From Podarcis filfolensis (lineage: Eukaryota), in assembly GCA_964270895.1 (NCBI GenBank), contig OZ185441.1: a stretch of DNA of 64,000 bases; one strand, given 5' to 3'. Below, one piece after another: positions 10,895 to 21,933 of this stretch (within the stretch, counting starts at the first letter, position 1; each line of letters begins with the position of its first letter). The position numbers and the translations under genes were made by a program. The notes under the pieces were generated by a model. That model saw only the letters and a program-made list of their open reading frames with translations, was not told where the DNA came from and did not search any database.

Positions 10895-11681
10895 GAAAAA
10901 TGAAAGCCGTTTTTTTATTGTTGTCTCCACAGCCAATCATTTGACACGAACATGCATACGTAATTTGGCTACGCACACACCACTTTTCTTTTTAAACGTT
11001 AGTTATTAAACATACAACAGACATCCTTACAAAAATGAGTCAAAATGCAAACTTAACTTTTTAAAACAAACAGTTTTACTCATTTATTTATTTTTTTTCT
11101 TAAAAAAAACCTTTGTGTGTTGGGTACCATTTGTACAAACACAGTTAATTTAAACAAATCTGCTCTTTAGTTTCCTCATGGTTGCACATAAAAAAGCTGC
11201 AATACAAAATGAAGTCACTGAGAGTTTCTTTCTTTCTTTTTAAATAGCAGAAATAGGCAGTTTCGCCATGCACAAGAAGCAATATTAAATATTAGTTTTT
11301 TCAAAAAAAGAAAAAAAAAACCACGTTTAAAAATATTTAGTTCAAGTCACAGAACTTTCTCCAGTCCAGAGAAATCCAAAACGCAATGCAGAATTAGCTG
11401 CCACAGAATGGCCATTCTGAAAGGCAAAATAAAAAAATAAAATAAAAAAAATCACCTCCCAGGGTTGATAAAATTTTCGATGATTTTGGCACAGAAAAGA
11501 AGTTATCAGCTTACTCAAGAACAAGAACGTGATTTTTTTTTTAATGGAGAAGACAAGAAGAGGAGAAAAATCAAAAGCAAGACTGAACAAGATAGTAGTT
11601 GCAATCACTTAAAAAAAAGATCTGTGCATCTCCGTCATTGCAGAATACTGATTACAGCAGAGCATAATTTCCAGGTAACTG
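10895..11681 (-). other. CYRIB: CYRIB 3' UTR (distal end approximate)
   Basis: Repeat-free AT-rich sequence after the stop; AATAAA at 10919-10914 followed by a U/GU-rich tract; further AATAAA pair at 11092-11083. Confidence 0.7.
10914..10919 (-). promoter_or_regulatory. Polyadenylation signal AATAAA (probable main CYRIB site)
   Basis: Canonical hexamer with downstream TTTTTCTAAGTGTGATTTGTTTT element on the minus strand. Confidence 0.65.
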
Positions 11682-11745
11682 TTATTGCAACATAGATTTA
11701 ATTTGCTTCGAGGTAGTCTCATCATTCAAATGTTTTGTTGTGTAC
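11682..11745 (-). CDS. CYRIB: CYRI-B coding exon 10 ([20 protein letters not shown])
   Basis: TTTTTAG acceptor, TAA at 11684-11682. The ten exons sum to 975 nt = 324 aa + stop. Confidence 0.97.
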
Positions 11746-12058
11746 CTAAAAAGGAAAAATAAAAGTGTGTAAAAACCATGCACTCTATGATTCTATGGCC
11801 TTGTACATCTCTGACAGTCTGATCCTTAAAAAAGACTATTTTGGAAACAAGAGCGCATTCCTGGGGCAGTGCAGTTGAGAGAAGCTTTGGGCTGGGTGTT
11901 CCTGCTGAATCCCCGTGTACGTAGGCATTTGAAAAATTCTAAAATGCTGTACCTGCCTTCACACTGTACCAGTAGTCCTTATTTACCAGTGCTAACCACT
12001 GTTTTCCAAGAAAGAAGAGTTGGCACTTACAGTGATTCCACGTTCAAAAGCTAGATAC

Positions 12059-12129
12059 CTGAGAGCATTTAGAAGGCCTTCTACACTGTTTGGAGGCTGG
12101 TCTTTGAGAACTTTGATGCATCCTTTCAT
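12059..12129 (-). CDS. CYRIB: CYRI-B coding exon 9 ([24 protein letters not shown])
   Basis: 71 nt, TTTCCAG acceptor, AG|GTATCT donor; visible inside ORF 11992..12174. Confidence 0.96.
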
Positions 12130-12561
12130 CTGGAAATCAATACAAAAGGGTTGGGGGGGGGACAGGACACACACATTAATTCACAACAAACCGGCGTTGG
12201 ACATAACCATGACACAACTTGCAATTTCACTTTTCAGAAAGGATCCAGCCCCTCATGTCAATACGATTAGCTCAATCAGGGGAACGGTAATGACTTTAAA
12301 AACAACAGCCCTCGAAGGAAGCCAAGGCAGCCATAGATACACTGCCCATGATTCATATAAATAGCATTTTCACACAAGTGCAGCCTAGCTGGCATAATAT
12401 GGGAACTTGCACTGAATCATCCGCATCATTTTTATTGACATGCAGATGTGCTAAAAAATACATATTTTAAAAATGACTCTCTTCTGTGTTTCCTTCTTGC
12501 CTCTACCCCACCCAGCTGGCCCACAACAAGGAAGCGTAATTCACTCAGCCCCAGAACTTAC

Positions 12562-12688
12562 ATCAATTTTTGACGTTTTAGCAAACGCGCCTACTGGATG
12601 CACGTGGTCATAGAGAATGATGACACCCACCATCACCCTCAGACAGAACGATACCGTTTGCTCGTTGGTGAATCTGCTTCTGTATTCC
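12562..12688 (-). CDS. CYRIB: CYRI-B coding exon 8 ([42 protein letters not shown])
   Basis: 127 nt, CCCAG acceptor, GAT|GTAAGT donor. Confidence 0.97.
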
Positions 12689-12744
12689 CTGGGATTTTAA
12701 CAAGACACGGCAGTAAACACTTGATTATCCAAAGCTGAATTCTA

Positions 12745-13322
12745 AATAATAATAATAATAATAATGATAATAATAATTTATTTATACCCCACCCACCTGG
12801 CTGGGTTTCCCCAGCCACTCTGGGCAGTTTCCAACAAAACACTAAAATACAATAACCTATTAAACATTAAAAGCTTCTCTAAACAGGGCTGCCTTCAGAT
12901 GTTTTCTAAAAGTTTGGTAGTTATTTTTCACTTTGACATCTGGTGGGAGGGCGTTCCACAGGGCAGGTGCCACTACCGAGAAGGCCCTCTGCCTGGTTCC
13001 CTGTAACTTGGCTTCTCGCAGCGAGGGAACCGCCAGAAGGCCCTCGGCACTGGACCTCAGTGTTGGTGGAGACGCTCCTCCAGGTGTACTGGGCCGAGGC
13101 CGTTTAGGGCTTTAAAGGTCAGCACCAACACTTTGAATTGTGCTCGGAAACGTACTGGGAGCCAGTGTAGGTCTTTCAGGACCAGTGTTATATGGTCTCG
13201 GCGGCCGCTCCCAGTCACCAGTCTAGCTGCCGCATTCTGGATTAGTTGTAGTTTCCGGGTCACCTTCAAAGGTAGCCCCACATAGAGCGCATTGCAGTAG
13301 TCCAAGCGAGAGATAACTAGAG
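12745..13322 (-). mobile_element. L2-clade LINE 3' fragment
   Basis: ORF 13057..13305 DYCNALY.GLP...LQL.QNAAARL...HIT..L..LHWLPV is the L2-clade ORF2 C-terminus; (AAT)n tail. Confidence 0.88.
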
Positions 13323-14247
13323 CAAGTGTCTCAGCGGAATGCCATCCCCCAAAGTAACAGCCTTCTTAGGGTAAAGTTTCTTCCTTCCCAACTGCAAATC
13401 CTGAAGCCTGGTGCTGGGGTTTCGTTCCTACATTTCCCTAACAGCGCAACAAGGCTTGCTAAAACCACCCGCGATACCTGGCTGCACAATAAACATTTGT
13501 GGCAGGTTAAGGTGATCAAGCACTTGGGGTCAACCCTGGAAAAGAGGCTCAAGATGCAGGCAAAGTACGCTCCAGGTTCTTATATCTTCCTGATTTATGC
13601 ATGAGATCAAACCATTTCCCAAAGCGTACAGATGCCTTCCGATACATTCCGGTGTTGAAATATTAAAAAGAACTGTTCCCGCAAGAACTAGCAATCTGGC
13701 ACATGTCCAGCTTAATCTGAAACAGGCGCTACAAAACTGGAAGTGTCGAGACCTCTCAGAGAGAGCACCCTATCTGTCATCTCCAAGGAGCACTATCAAT
13801 AGCAGCCACTACTGTGGAAGAAAGTAAAATGCACTTGGGAGACTGTTACGGCAGGAATCGCCTCTGCACAGCCCACCCTGTGGGGCACAGGCTCCTTCCC
13901 TGACCCTAACCGGACCATAACATCTGGGTCAGATGTGTTCAGCCAGGAAAATGGCATGGTCCAATTCAGGAAACCAGGCTTGGCCCCACTCCTTGCTCTG
14001 CATGATGCACTGTCTTCAATGACTGAGACGCTCCACCCCCTTCCCTCCTCTATCTGCCATATTACAAAAGTTTCTTACTAGTTCAATACGACTGCAGTCA
14101 GTCCTGCACTTGGGTACATACCAGAAAGGAACTACCAGGTTCTTATCTTATTCTTCCTTAATTCTAGGTTCTGGTTTTCCTCGAATTGTTTATACCGTCA
14201 GCAAATTAACTCTGAATTTGTGACTTACTATCTATGGCTTATCGTGA

Positions 14248-14468
14248 TCATAGAATCATAGAATCACAGAATCATAGAGTTGGAAGAGACCACAAGGGCC
14301 ATCGAGTCCAACCCCCTGCCAAGCAGGAAACACCATCAGAGCACTCCTGACATATGGTTGTCAAGCCTCTGCTTAAAGACCTCCAAAGAAGGAGACTCCA
14401 CCACACTCCTTGGCAGCAAATTCCACTGTCGAACAGCTCTTACTGTCAGGAAGTTCTTCCTAATGTTT
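14248..14468 (-). mobile_element. CR1 LINE 3' fragment
   Basis: (CATAGAAT)n octamer tail, GAGTTGGAAGAGACC, TTCCACTGTCGAACAGCTCTTAC. Confidence 0.88.
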
Positions 14469-14608
14469 CAGAGTATGATTCCTTCTTAGCGTTTGAAACT
14501 TCTCAGTAAAAAACAAGGAGGCTTTGCTTAGGGAGATGCCCACGTTTGTCAAATAAATAAAATGGTGTTTTGATCAAAAGTTATGTCTGAAGTAGCCTCG
14601 GTACTTAC

Positions 14609-14688
14609 GGAGTTTCCAGCATAACTCGGCAAACGCTGGCCATGGTGCTTAAGCAGTCTGTGGTGTTCTCTATAGGCAAATTTTTGTT
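14609..14688 (-). CDS. CYRIB: CYRI-B coding exon 7 ([27 protein letters not shown])
   Basis: 80 nt, TTACAG acceptor, CC|GTAAGT donor. Confidence 0.97.
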
Positions 14689-14808
14689 CTGTAATTGGCA
14701 TAAGAAATACATAGTTACTGTAATGCAAGCAGCAACCCAATTTTTCCAAGTAGGACTGAGAATGTCTCCTGTTCAAACCCTGGAGAACCACTACCTACTG
14801 ACGTAAAC

Positions 14809-14929
14809 CAGTGTTTCTCAAACTTGCTGGACTACAACTCCCATCATCCCTGGCCGCTGGTCCTGCTAGGTAGGGATGATGGGAGTTGTAGTCCAACAAC
14901 AGCTGGGGACCCAAGCTTGAGAAACACTG
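14809..14929. mobile_element. Palindromic hAT-like MITE (GGACTACAACTCCCATCATCCC family)
   Basis: 13-bp TIR CAGTGTTTCTCAA and internal palindrome; no clean TSD. Decayed relatives at about 1-128, 9503-9630, 21190-21315, 30780-30915, 61650-61790 and 63395-63520. Confidence 0.75.
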
Positions 14930-15312
14930 ATCGTGTTGAGAGTAATATTCTTCCCCTTGGTGGAGAAGATTCAGTGACAATAGTTTTAGGAGCCAAGTGC
15001 AAAAGGCAGACAAGCTGTTGTGGGGTAGGGAGGGAGCAGACTTTAGATGCGCATTACTGAGTTGCGCTGAGATGCTGCCATCTATGACGAGTCACAAGAT
15101 TTACTGAATAAAATTCCAAAGCCTCTCTCCTGTAACTAAATCAATTCTACAGCCCTTAACACCTTCAAATCACACTGCTGACGTGAAATTCAACATTAAG
15201 ATGCACCCAAAAGTCTGTAACACGGAGTCTTGTCAGCAGGCAAGCTAGTTTTACGCAACAAACTTGTATTTTCCACAGTTATCCTAACAAGGAGGTCTAT
15301 TCACGCACATAC

Positions 15313-15429
15313 CTCTGAAACGAATTTTGTTGTGGCATCGCTTAAGGTTTTCAACATTGGCGTTGCTTCGGCATAAAATAAAGACATTCTGTTGGCCAAT
15401 TCGTTATTTACTTCATTTTCTCCTTCTGC
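15313..15429 (-). CDS. CYRIB: CYRI-B coding exon 6 ([39 protein letters not shown])
   Basis: 117 nt, TAG acceptor, GAG|GTATGT donor. Confidence 0.97.
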
Positions 15430-15544
15430 CTACCAAAGTATAAAATTTTAAAAATCACAATCTTCACTGGTTTTGAATAAACAGAGTAAGTGGTACAAGG
15501 GTCACAAAGAAATACCTTCTTCACTTCTACAGAAGGGTACTTAC

Positions 15545-15622
15545 TGGAACATTATTGATCCTCATACGACTCAAGGTTCTTCTGTAGTAGCTGAAGTCAT
15601 TCTGAATTGCGGGATTCGTCAT
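15545..15622 (-). CDS. CYRIB: CYRI-B coding exon 5 ([26 protein letters not shown])
   Basis: 78 nt, TTTCTAG acceptor, CCA|GTAAGT donor; contains the DFSYYRR motif of the DUF1394 Rac1-binding region. Confidence 0.97.
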
Positions 15623-16278
15623 CTAGAAAGGGGGGGGAGAGGATGTATTGGTGACAAGTGCACATCATACCCTAACTCTTTTTGAAGGGGCCAGGGATTT
15701 CAGTTCTGTGAAGACCTGGGAAATGAGGCCAGCATCTTGAGGTCCTGCAGTGAAGCGGTGGTCTAGGATAGGATCCTAAATATTATTTTGTCAAGGCAGA
15801 GTCCTGCATAACTAGGCTATTAAATATCCAGAATACTACAGAAGACATAATGTGATTTCGTGTGTGTTGCCTAATACCATAATATGGAATAGGTAGCAGC
15901 TGAATCGGGCAAGCATTAGTCAGTGCTGTTAGCAGGACAGATAGCTCTGCCTGGATGCTTATAAGTACGGCCGTACCTCCAGCATTTTGTGCCAGTATGA
16001 GGAATGGGTAATTGGACTAAGATGTTCCTCTGTTCTGGTCCAGCCGGGGTCTTCTTATGTCCTTAGTGATGTGACGAGCTTGAACAATCAGTAAGATCAG
16101 GGTTAACAGTCCTTGGCTGCCATCCAGGAGCAGAAATGGAAAGGGATTTCCATATTTGTTTACAGCAACATCGGATCAATGGACAAACAAGAACTGTGCA
16201 ACGCTGTAACACGGATCAGAGCTGCTTTGCGACCGTCCAGTTTGGGCAAGCGCTATGCGGGGATAATTCTGGACTTAC

Positions 16279-16415
16279 CTTCAGCTCATCAAAACGAAGT
16301 GTGAAATGAAGGATTTCCGCAAACTGTTTTGCAAGAGCCTGCTCTCGCTCCAGGTGCTGCGTGGGAGAATATGGAGTGCTTGTCAGAGCCCCAAGAAGAC
16401 CTCGTAATGCAGCTT
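16279..16415 (-). CDS. CYRIB: CYRI-B coding exon 4 ([46 protein letters not shown])
   Basis: 137 nt, TGCAG acceptor, AAG|GTAAGT donor; visible inside ORF 16216..16431. The [11 protein letters not shown] segment distinguishes CYRI-B from CYRI-A. Confidence 0.97.
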
Positions 16416-16830
16416 CTGCACGCAAGAACAAGGGGGACAGTTACGTAAAACAGTGTGAATGTGTTGAACGTCCTGTCGTTCTGGATGATTACAAAAGCAG
16501 GCCACAATCGAGGTGTTATAAAATCCTAGGTGCCAGTGATCTGCCCTAAAAAAAGGAGAGTCCTTCAACCTTCCTCAAAAGCAGTTTGTATCGGTGCCAA
16601 GATACATTAGACTAGAAATTACAAACAACAAAAAACAAACCCACCAAATTAGCAGTAAATGTCAACATTTCTGTGTAGGTAGTGAATTAGCAATACAAGT
16701 CATTAGCAGTAATATCAACAAATTCTACCATGCTAAAATATTTAACACCGTGGGATCCTGGCCTTAATTACATGGTAGATCGTACAATATTGTGGAGCAA
16801 ATCAATCAATCAGTTACTACTGACACTTAC

Positions 16831-16936
16831 CAAGTCTTTGAGAAAATTCATAGAATTTCTTTAGTTTGCCCACTAGAGGGACAACCGCACCCCATGCCTT
16901 CTCCTGGAGCCTCTCATCAGTGGGATGCTGTATTGC
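16831..16936 (-). CDS. CYRIB: CYRI-B coding exon 3 ([35 protein letters not shown])
   Basis: 106 nt, TTCCAG acceptor, G|GTAAGT donor. Confidence 0.97.
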
Positions 16937-17821
16937 CTGGAACAATTAAACACGAGCAAGGATGCTTGCTTTATAATGATATTTGCTTTACAGTATAGTT
17001 TTCTCTACATTTAAATCATATAAAAGCATGGGACAACCAAGCCGTAAGACCACAAAACAGAGACATTGTTCTGTGTGACCATGCACAATCCCTAGAGGTG
17101 CTCGGGGAGAAAAAAAAGCCTAGATGAAGCTCTCACGGTACACAAGTCTCACTCTCGTGTCAATAGCCTGCAGCGTGGAGAACGAGGATCACCTCATTGC
17201 AAAGGCAAGAGCGGGTGGGAAGAAGGGAAATTGCACTGCTGATTAATGAGACTCGTACTATTGTCAGATCATTCTTCCACCAACTGGCAGCTGCTCCCCA
17301 AGGTCTCAGGGCAGAGGTCTCTCCCAGACATGGTGCCTGATATCCTTTTAACATGAGATGCCAAGGGCTGAATCTGGAGCCTTCTGTATGCAGTCATCAT
17401 GTTCCACTGCTGAGCAATGGTGCAGCCCAAGCTTCCTGCACAACTACATGTCATGCAACAATATCAGAAGAATGTCAGGCACTCTCTGGGTGACGGATTC
17501 CCCCCGGAACTAAATATTACAGATGGTTAAAAGGTAGGGGAAATGAGATACCCTGAAATAGAATTGTGGCGCCAAGGGAAGAAAATGTGGGTGTTGGTGC
17601 AACAAGTGAGAAACATTCACGCTGCATGTTTGCAATATAAATCTGAATATCCGGAAAGGGTCCAAAATGACTTCTGTTTCAGGGCTGCCGAGAGGGCAGT
17701 TAAAACAAGATAGTAAAAATTACTTGCACATAGAGCATACTATTGGTAGTGCACAAACTGTTATTTAAAAGTTATACTCTGGCAGAAACTGAACCTTTAA
17801 CTGATCTGTATTAAGGTCATA

Positions 17822-18169
17822 TGGGACGGTGGAGCTGTGGGTTAAACCACAGAGCCTAGGACTTGCCGATGAGAAGGTCGGCAGTTCAAATCCCCGCGAT
17901 GGGGTGATCTCCCATTGTTCGGTCCCTGCTCCTGCCAACCTAGCAGTTCGAAAGCACGTCAAAGTGCAAGTAGATAAATAGGTACCGCTCCGGTGGAAAG
18001 GCAAACGGCGTTTCCATGCGCTGCTCTGGTTCGCCAGAAGCGGCTTAGTCATGCTGGCCACATGACCTGGAAGCTGTATGCCGGGTCCCTCGGCCAATAA
18101 AGCAAGATGAGCGCCGCAACCCCAGAGTCAGTTATGACTGGACCTAATGCTCAGGGGTCCCTTTACCTT
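17822..18169 (+). mobile_element. Sauria SINE in the CYRIB intron between coding exons 2 and 3
   Basis: Full body and tail; 13-bp TSD TATTAAGGTCATA (17809-17821, 18170-18182). Confidence 0.95.
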
Positions 18170-18256
18170 TATTAAGGTCATAATCACTAATGCAAAGTAT
18201 AATACGTAGCATCACTAAATTGATTACAAAATACTCCATCCAATTATGCTTTTTAC

Positions 18257-18378
18257 CTCTCGTATTTCATGACCGGCTCCTCTGTATGACTGCAAGTCTT
18301 CCAGGATTCCTTCTGCATCCTTTAACACTACATTTACCTGATTATAAATTTCTTTTTCTGATTCTGTAGGTTGAGCAT
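18257..18378 (-). CDS. CYRIB: CYRI-B coding exon 2 ([41 protein letters not shown])
   Basis: 122 nt, TTTAG acceptor, GAG|GTAAAA donor, phase-compatible with neighbours. Confidence 0.97.
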
Positions 18379-18655
18379 CTAAACAACAGGACAGCATATT
18401 AAGTCATATTTGTAGTTACACAATTTTCAAATATAAACATCTAGAATGTATTTTAATATACTCCTGAAAATAGTGTTTAAATATGTATACATGGTTTGGG
18501 TTTCTTTTTCCTATCAAAATATACTTGCAATCTGCGCATTATGTCTAAATGCAACTGGAATGTCTAGAAGCCTTGTTTGTCAAAACAGCTTTGGTCAGTT
18601 CAGCCTTTCACAATCCACATGGTAAAAGCCTTCTAGGTTAGAGAAACACATAGGT

Positions 18656-18826
18656 TAGGGCTGACATATCCGGGATTCGCCCACCGAAAATAAGAGTCCG
18701 GGCAGAATTTTTGAAAATTGGGGAAATGTCCAGGAAAACCCGAGTGTATGGCAACCCATGTCAGAAGTGTTGATTTCCTAAAACTTTTGTGTCCGGATTT
18801 TCAGTTTTTGAAATATGGCAACCTTA
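18656..18826. mobile_element. Old hAT-type MITE
   Basis: TAGGGCTGACATAT / ATATGGCAACCTTA ends; 6/8 TSD ACATAGGT/GCATAGGC. Confidence 0.65.
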
Positions 18827-19498
18827 GCATAGGCTTACTAGCTTTGGGAAGAGGTGCAAATGAAGCAAGAGCTCACAGAATGTGGATAGTAATATCACAG
18901 CTGTGGGCAAGTGAGGAAACTCCTTATCAGCTGTATACTGATTTTGTGTGAAAACATGAAGCACAGAATCAGTAAATCTTTTTTAATATCCAAAATCAAT
19001 AAATAGGCATCTACAATTTAAATCTACCTTGTCATGCAATACACAAGAAGGGAAGCGCCACAGATCAGAGCAAATGCTTTGTGCACAGAAGGCCTGATGT
19101 TTAATCTCTGGCATCTTCTATTAAAAGGATCCCAGGCATCAGATGATGGAGAAGACCCTTAGATGCTGGAGAGCAGCTGTCAGTCAGGGTACACAATACT
19201 TGGCTAAGATTGACCAAAGGTCTAGCTCAGCAGAAGGAAGGCTCATTTGCTCCTATGAAATAATACCAACAGGTATGTGGACTGTGTGGCATTTGTGTAC
19301 AGGGCTTGAGTCCTGGGCACTGGGCTATTTATCAGTGCTCCAGATGAAAAAGAGAAGGTGCCTAGCTGGATAAAAGCTGCACACAGACCTTTGGTCAGAT
19401 GTCATGAGTGGCATTTAGGAGTAGAATACAAAATCAAATACTAATGCTGTTCAAATCCATGTTGATACAGCATCTGTTCTATTAAAAATTCCTTGGGT

Positions 19499-19586
19499 GG
19501 TATTCAGCTAAGTTTTACAAGACCCTTGGATTAAACTAATTTTAATTTCAGTGAGTCTACTCTTGAGTAAAACCTAGTTGAATACC
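19499..19586. repeat. Short palindromic element (18/20-bp arms)
   Basis: GGTATTCAGCTAAGTTTTAC versus GTAAAACCTAGTTGAATACC. Confidence 0.7.
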
Positions 19587-20680
19587 AGCTCTTATTTAAG
19601 ATCTGGAATTCACATGCCATTCTAGAAAATGTCTCTATTTAACAGCAAAATTATACTTGCTACCGCAAGGGAGATTTTTTTGGTGAGAAAAGCCGTTGTT
19701 GCTGTTATTGCATCCTTATAAAAAGGCCATTTCTTAGGGCATAGCCCTAACAAGATAGCTCATGCAATCATGAAATAAAATGCATATGAAATCAAATTAA
19801 GTTAGCTTCGGTAGATCTAGCTCAGAGTTCTGACTTAAGTCGGATACCATTTTAAAACAGTTCCATCATTGAATACATGTGGCATTAGGATACCTCCTTT
19901 AAGGAAAGGCAATTCTAAACAGATCTTAATGACCATTTAAAATAAGCAATGTTGAAGCTACATGCAACTGAGTGTGAGCTAGAAACTCACAGACTGCAAT
20001 CAAACATTTGTCGCTTCATTTAATTTCCATTGATATTCACAGGCCTTTTGCCTGAACACACGGACACTTCAAACGCCCCCTTATAAATGATCACAGTTTC
20101 CATTTTCATCTGAACTGGGAAGTAGCATCTGAACTGGGGGCAAGTCAGGGTCTTAAACTAAGTTTAAGCTGTGGTTTAAGACCTTAGCTTGTTCTGAAGC
20201 TGCTAGCCATAGTTTCCCCACTCAGATGAAAGGGGAAACTGTGGTTAATTATAGACTTTCTGGCTCCCCCAGGTGTGCCATGCAGGAGCTACATCTGAGA
20301 CAAAAGGCTTGTGCATCCCTTGGCTTATTAAGATGAGATACGAACTTCTGAACTGGGTGTTAAGATGCAAAACGCATAAGGCAACAGGCAGATTCTTTTA
20401 TGACTTATCAAAGGAGGCACAGAAGCACAGCAGCATCTGATTTTCACAGCAGTAAATATAAATTGATATTAAACATTGTAAATTATAAAAACAACTACTT
20501 AGACCCCCTTCATTCACATGCTACCTCTGCAGTTGCTCCCAAACGTGACGCTGTGTTTACAAAGAGGCAGCAACATGCACACAAATAAAAGTACATGCAA
20601 AAGTGAGTCTAACTGGTAGACTCTCTTTGGACTACTTAGGGCACAAGATAAAAGATACATATTTTTTTAAATGTTCTCAC

Positions 20681-20753
20681 TTTCAAAGTCAAGGAAAAAA
20701 TTTGGTCCCTGCTCAAGGTCTGTGCACGTCAAAACTTTAAGAAGGTTCCCCAT
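20681..20753 (-). CDS. CYRIB: CYRI-B coding exon 1 ([24 protein letters not shown]); the exon starts at 20763 with 10 nt of UTR
   Basis: Translation matches the CYRI-B N-terminus with the Gly2 myristoylation motif. Acceptor CAG|GTACCTTAGCATG, donor A|GTGAGA; 73 nt coding. Confidence 0.97.
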
Positions 20754-21819
20754 GCTAAGGTACCTGTTGAGACAACGAGAAAAGACAAATAATATTTCTT
20801 TTAAAAAAGAATAGGAGATTAACAGGGGGGAAATGCATTAACTTTCCAGGTACTCCTGTATTTTAAGTTCCTGTATGATCCAAGCAATGGAGTATTGTTT
20901 CCAACTTTCCCAGCTGAAAAGTGGGTTACCCAATAGCAGACAGAAGAACATCCATCAGAAAGCAAGAGAAAATCTCACACCATGTAGCTCCCCAATTGTA
21001 CTCATAGAAGTCAGATGCCCATAATACACTGTTCATAAATTAGAATTTCAAAATATCCAATTCTGTATGGCTGTGTTTCGCAGGCACCCTCTTCTCACAC
21101 TGTTTCACTTCAGAATATCTATGGATGATAGCAAAGTTTGACAGCCTTTTCTGCTTCATTTTAATGGATTCAAAACTCCAAGTCCGAAATGGGAATGAGG
21201 TACCTGCGGCCATTCAGACGTAGTTGGACTCCAGTCAGCCGACATGGCCAATGGTCAGCGATTGTGGGAGTTGAAGTTTAGAGACATCCAGAATCTGCAG
21301 GTTCCCCATTCCTAGTCTATAAGAACATTTCAGATACCCAGCAATACCTAAAAAGCATTTTCCGTTTCTCTTCTATAGTCCGCCTTCTCTTCTCTTGATA
21401 TATGCAGCTACCTGTTCTACTTCCCTGGATCTCCCCCCCCCAAAAAAAAAAGTGTGCTAGGAAGGGAAAGGTGGGTCATGTCTATTGTTATTTGATTGTT
21501 TGCGCTTTTATTATAGCCAATAAAATGTTTCTTGAGGGCGACAGTTGGTACTCCTAATGTAGCCGCAGAGGCAGAATGCAAACCAATGAACACAGAGTAA
21601 CTGCCACACAGACATATGAACTCCACAGCACAACAATACAGCAAGAGTAGAACTGCAAAAGTCCCGGTCATTCATGGCAGCACAAAACCCAGGCCTAGTT
21701 CTCACTGAGGGAGTAAAGGCATATCTAGATTGCACCTCTTCAGAATGCAAGGCAAGCTCCACGTGACCAAACTCTTCTTTTGATAAAGGATTCTTTCCAT
21801 GTAGGAAATTAAACACTAG

Positions 21820-21933
21820 GGACAGGTAGGTAGCCGTGTTGGTCTGCCATAGTCGAAACAAAAAATAAAAAAATTCCTTCCAGTAGCACCTTGGTCTCTA
21901 AGGTGCTACTGGAAGGATTTTTTTTTTTTTTGT
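21820..21933. mobile_element. Penelope-like relic in fold-back configuration
   Basis: GTAGCCGTGTTGGTCTG...CCAGTAGCACCTT followed by its inverted copy; 11-bp TSD TTAAACACTAG. Confidence 0.7.

Noticed and set aside
11644-11650. miR-200b/c/429 seed match CAGTATT in the 3' UTR
   Set aside because: A single 7-mer is expected by chance, and conservation cannot be assessed here.
12053-12058. U12-type donor (GTATCT resembles GTATCC)
   Set aside because: It lacks the CCTT of the U12 consensus and no U12 branch site is evident; treated as a weak U2 donor.
16413-16418. NAGNAG acceptor CAG|AAG at coding exon 4
   Set aside because: The proximal CAG is normally dominant over a distal AAG; no evidence of use.
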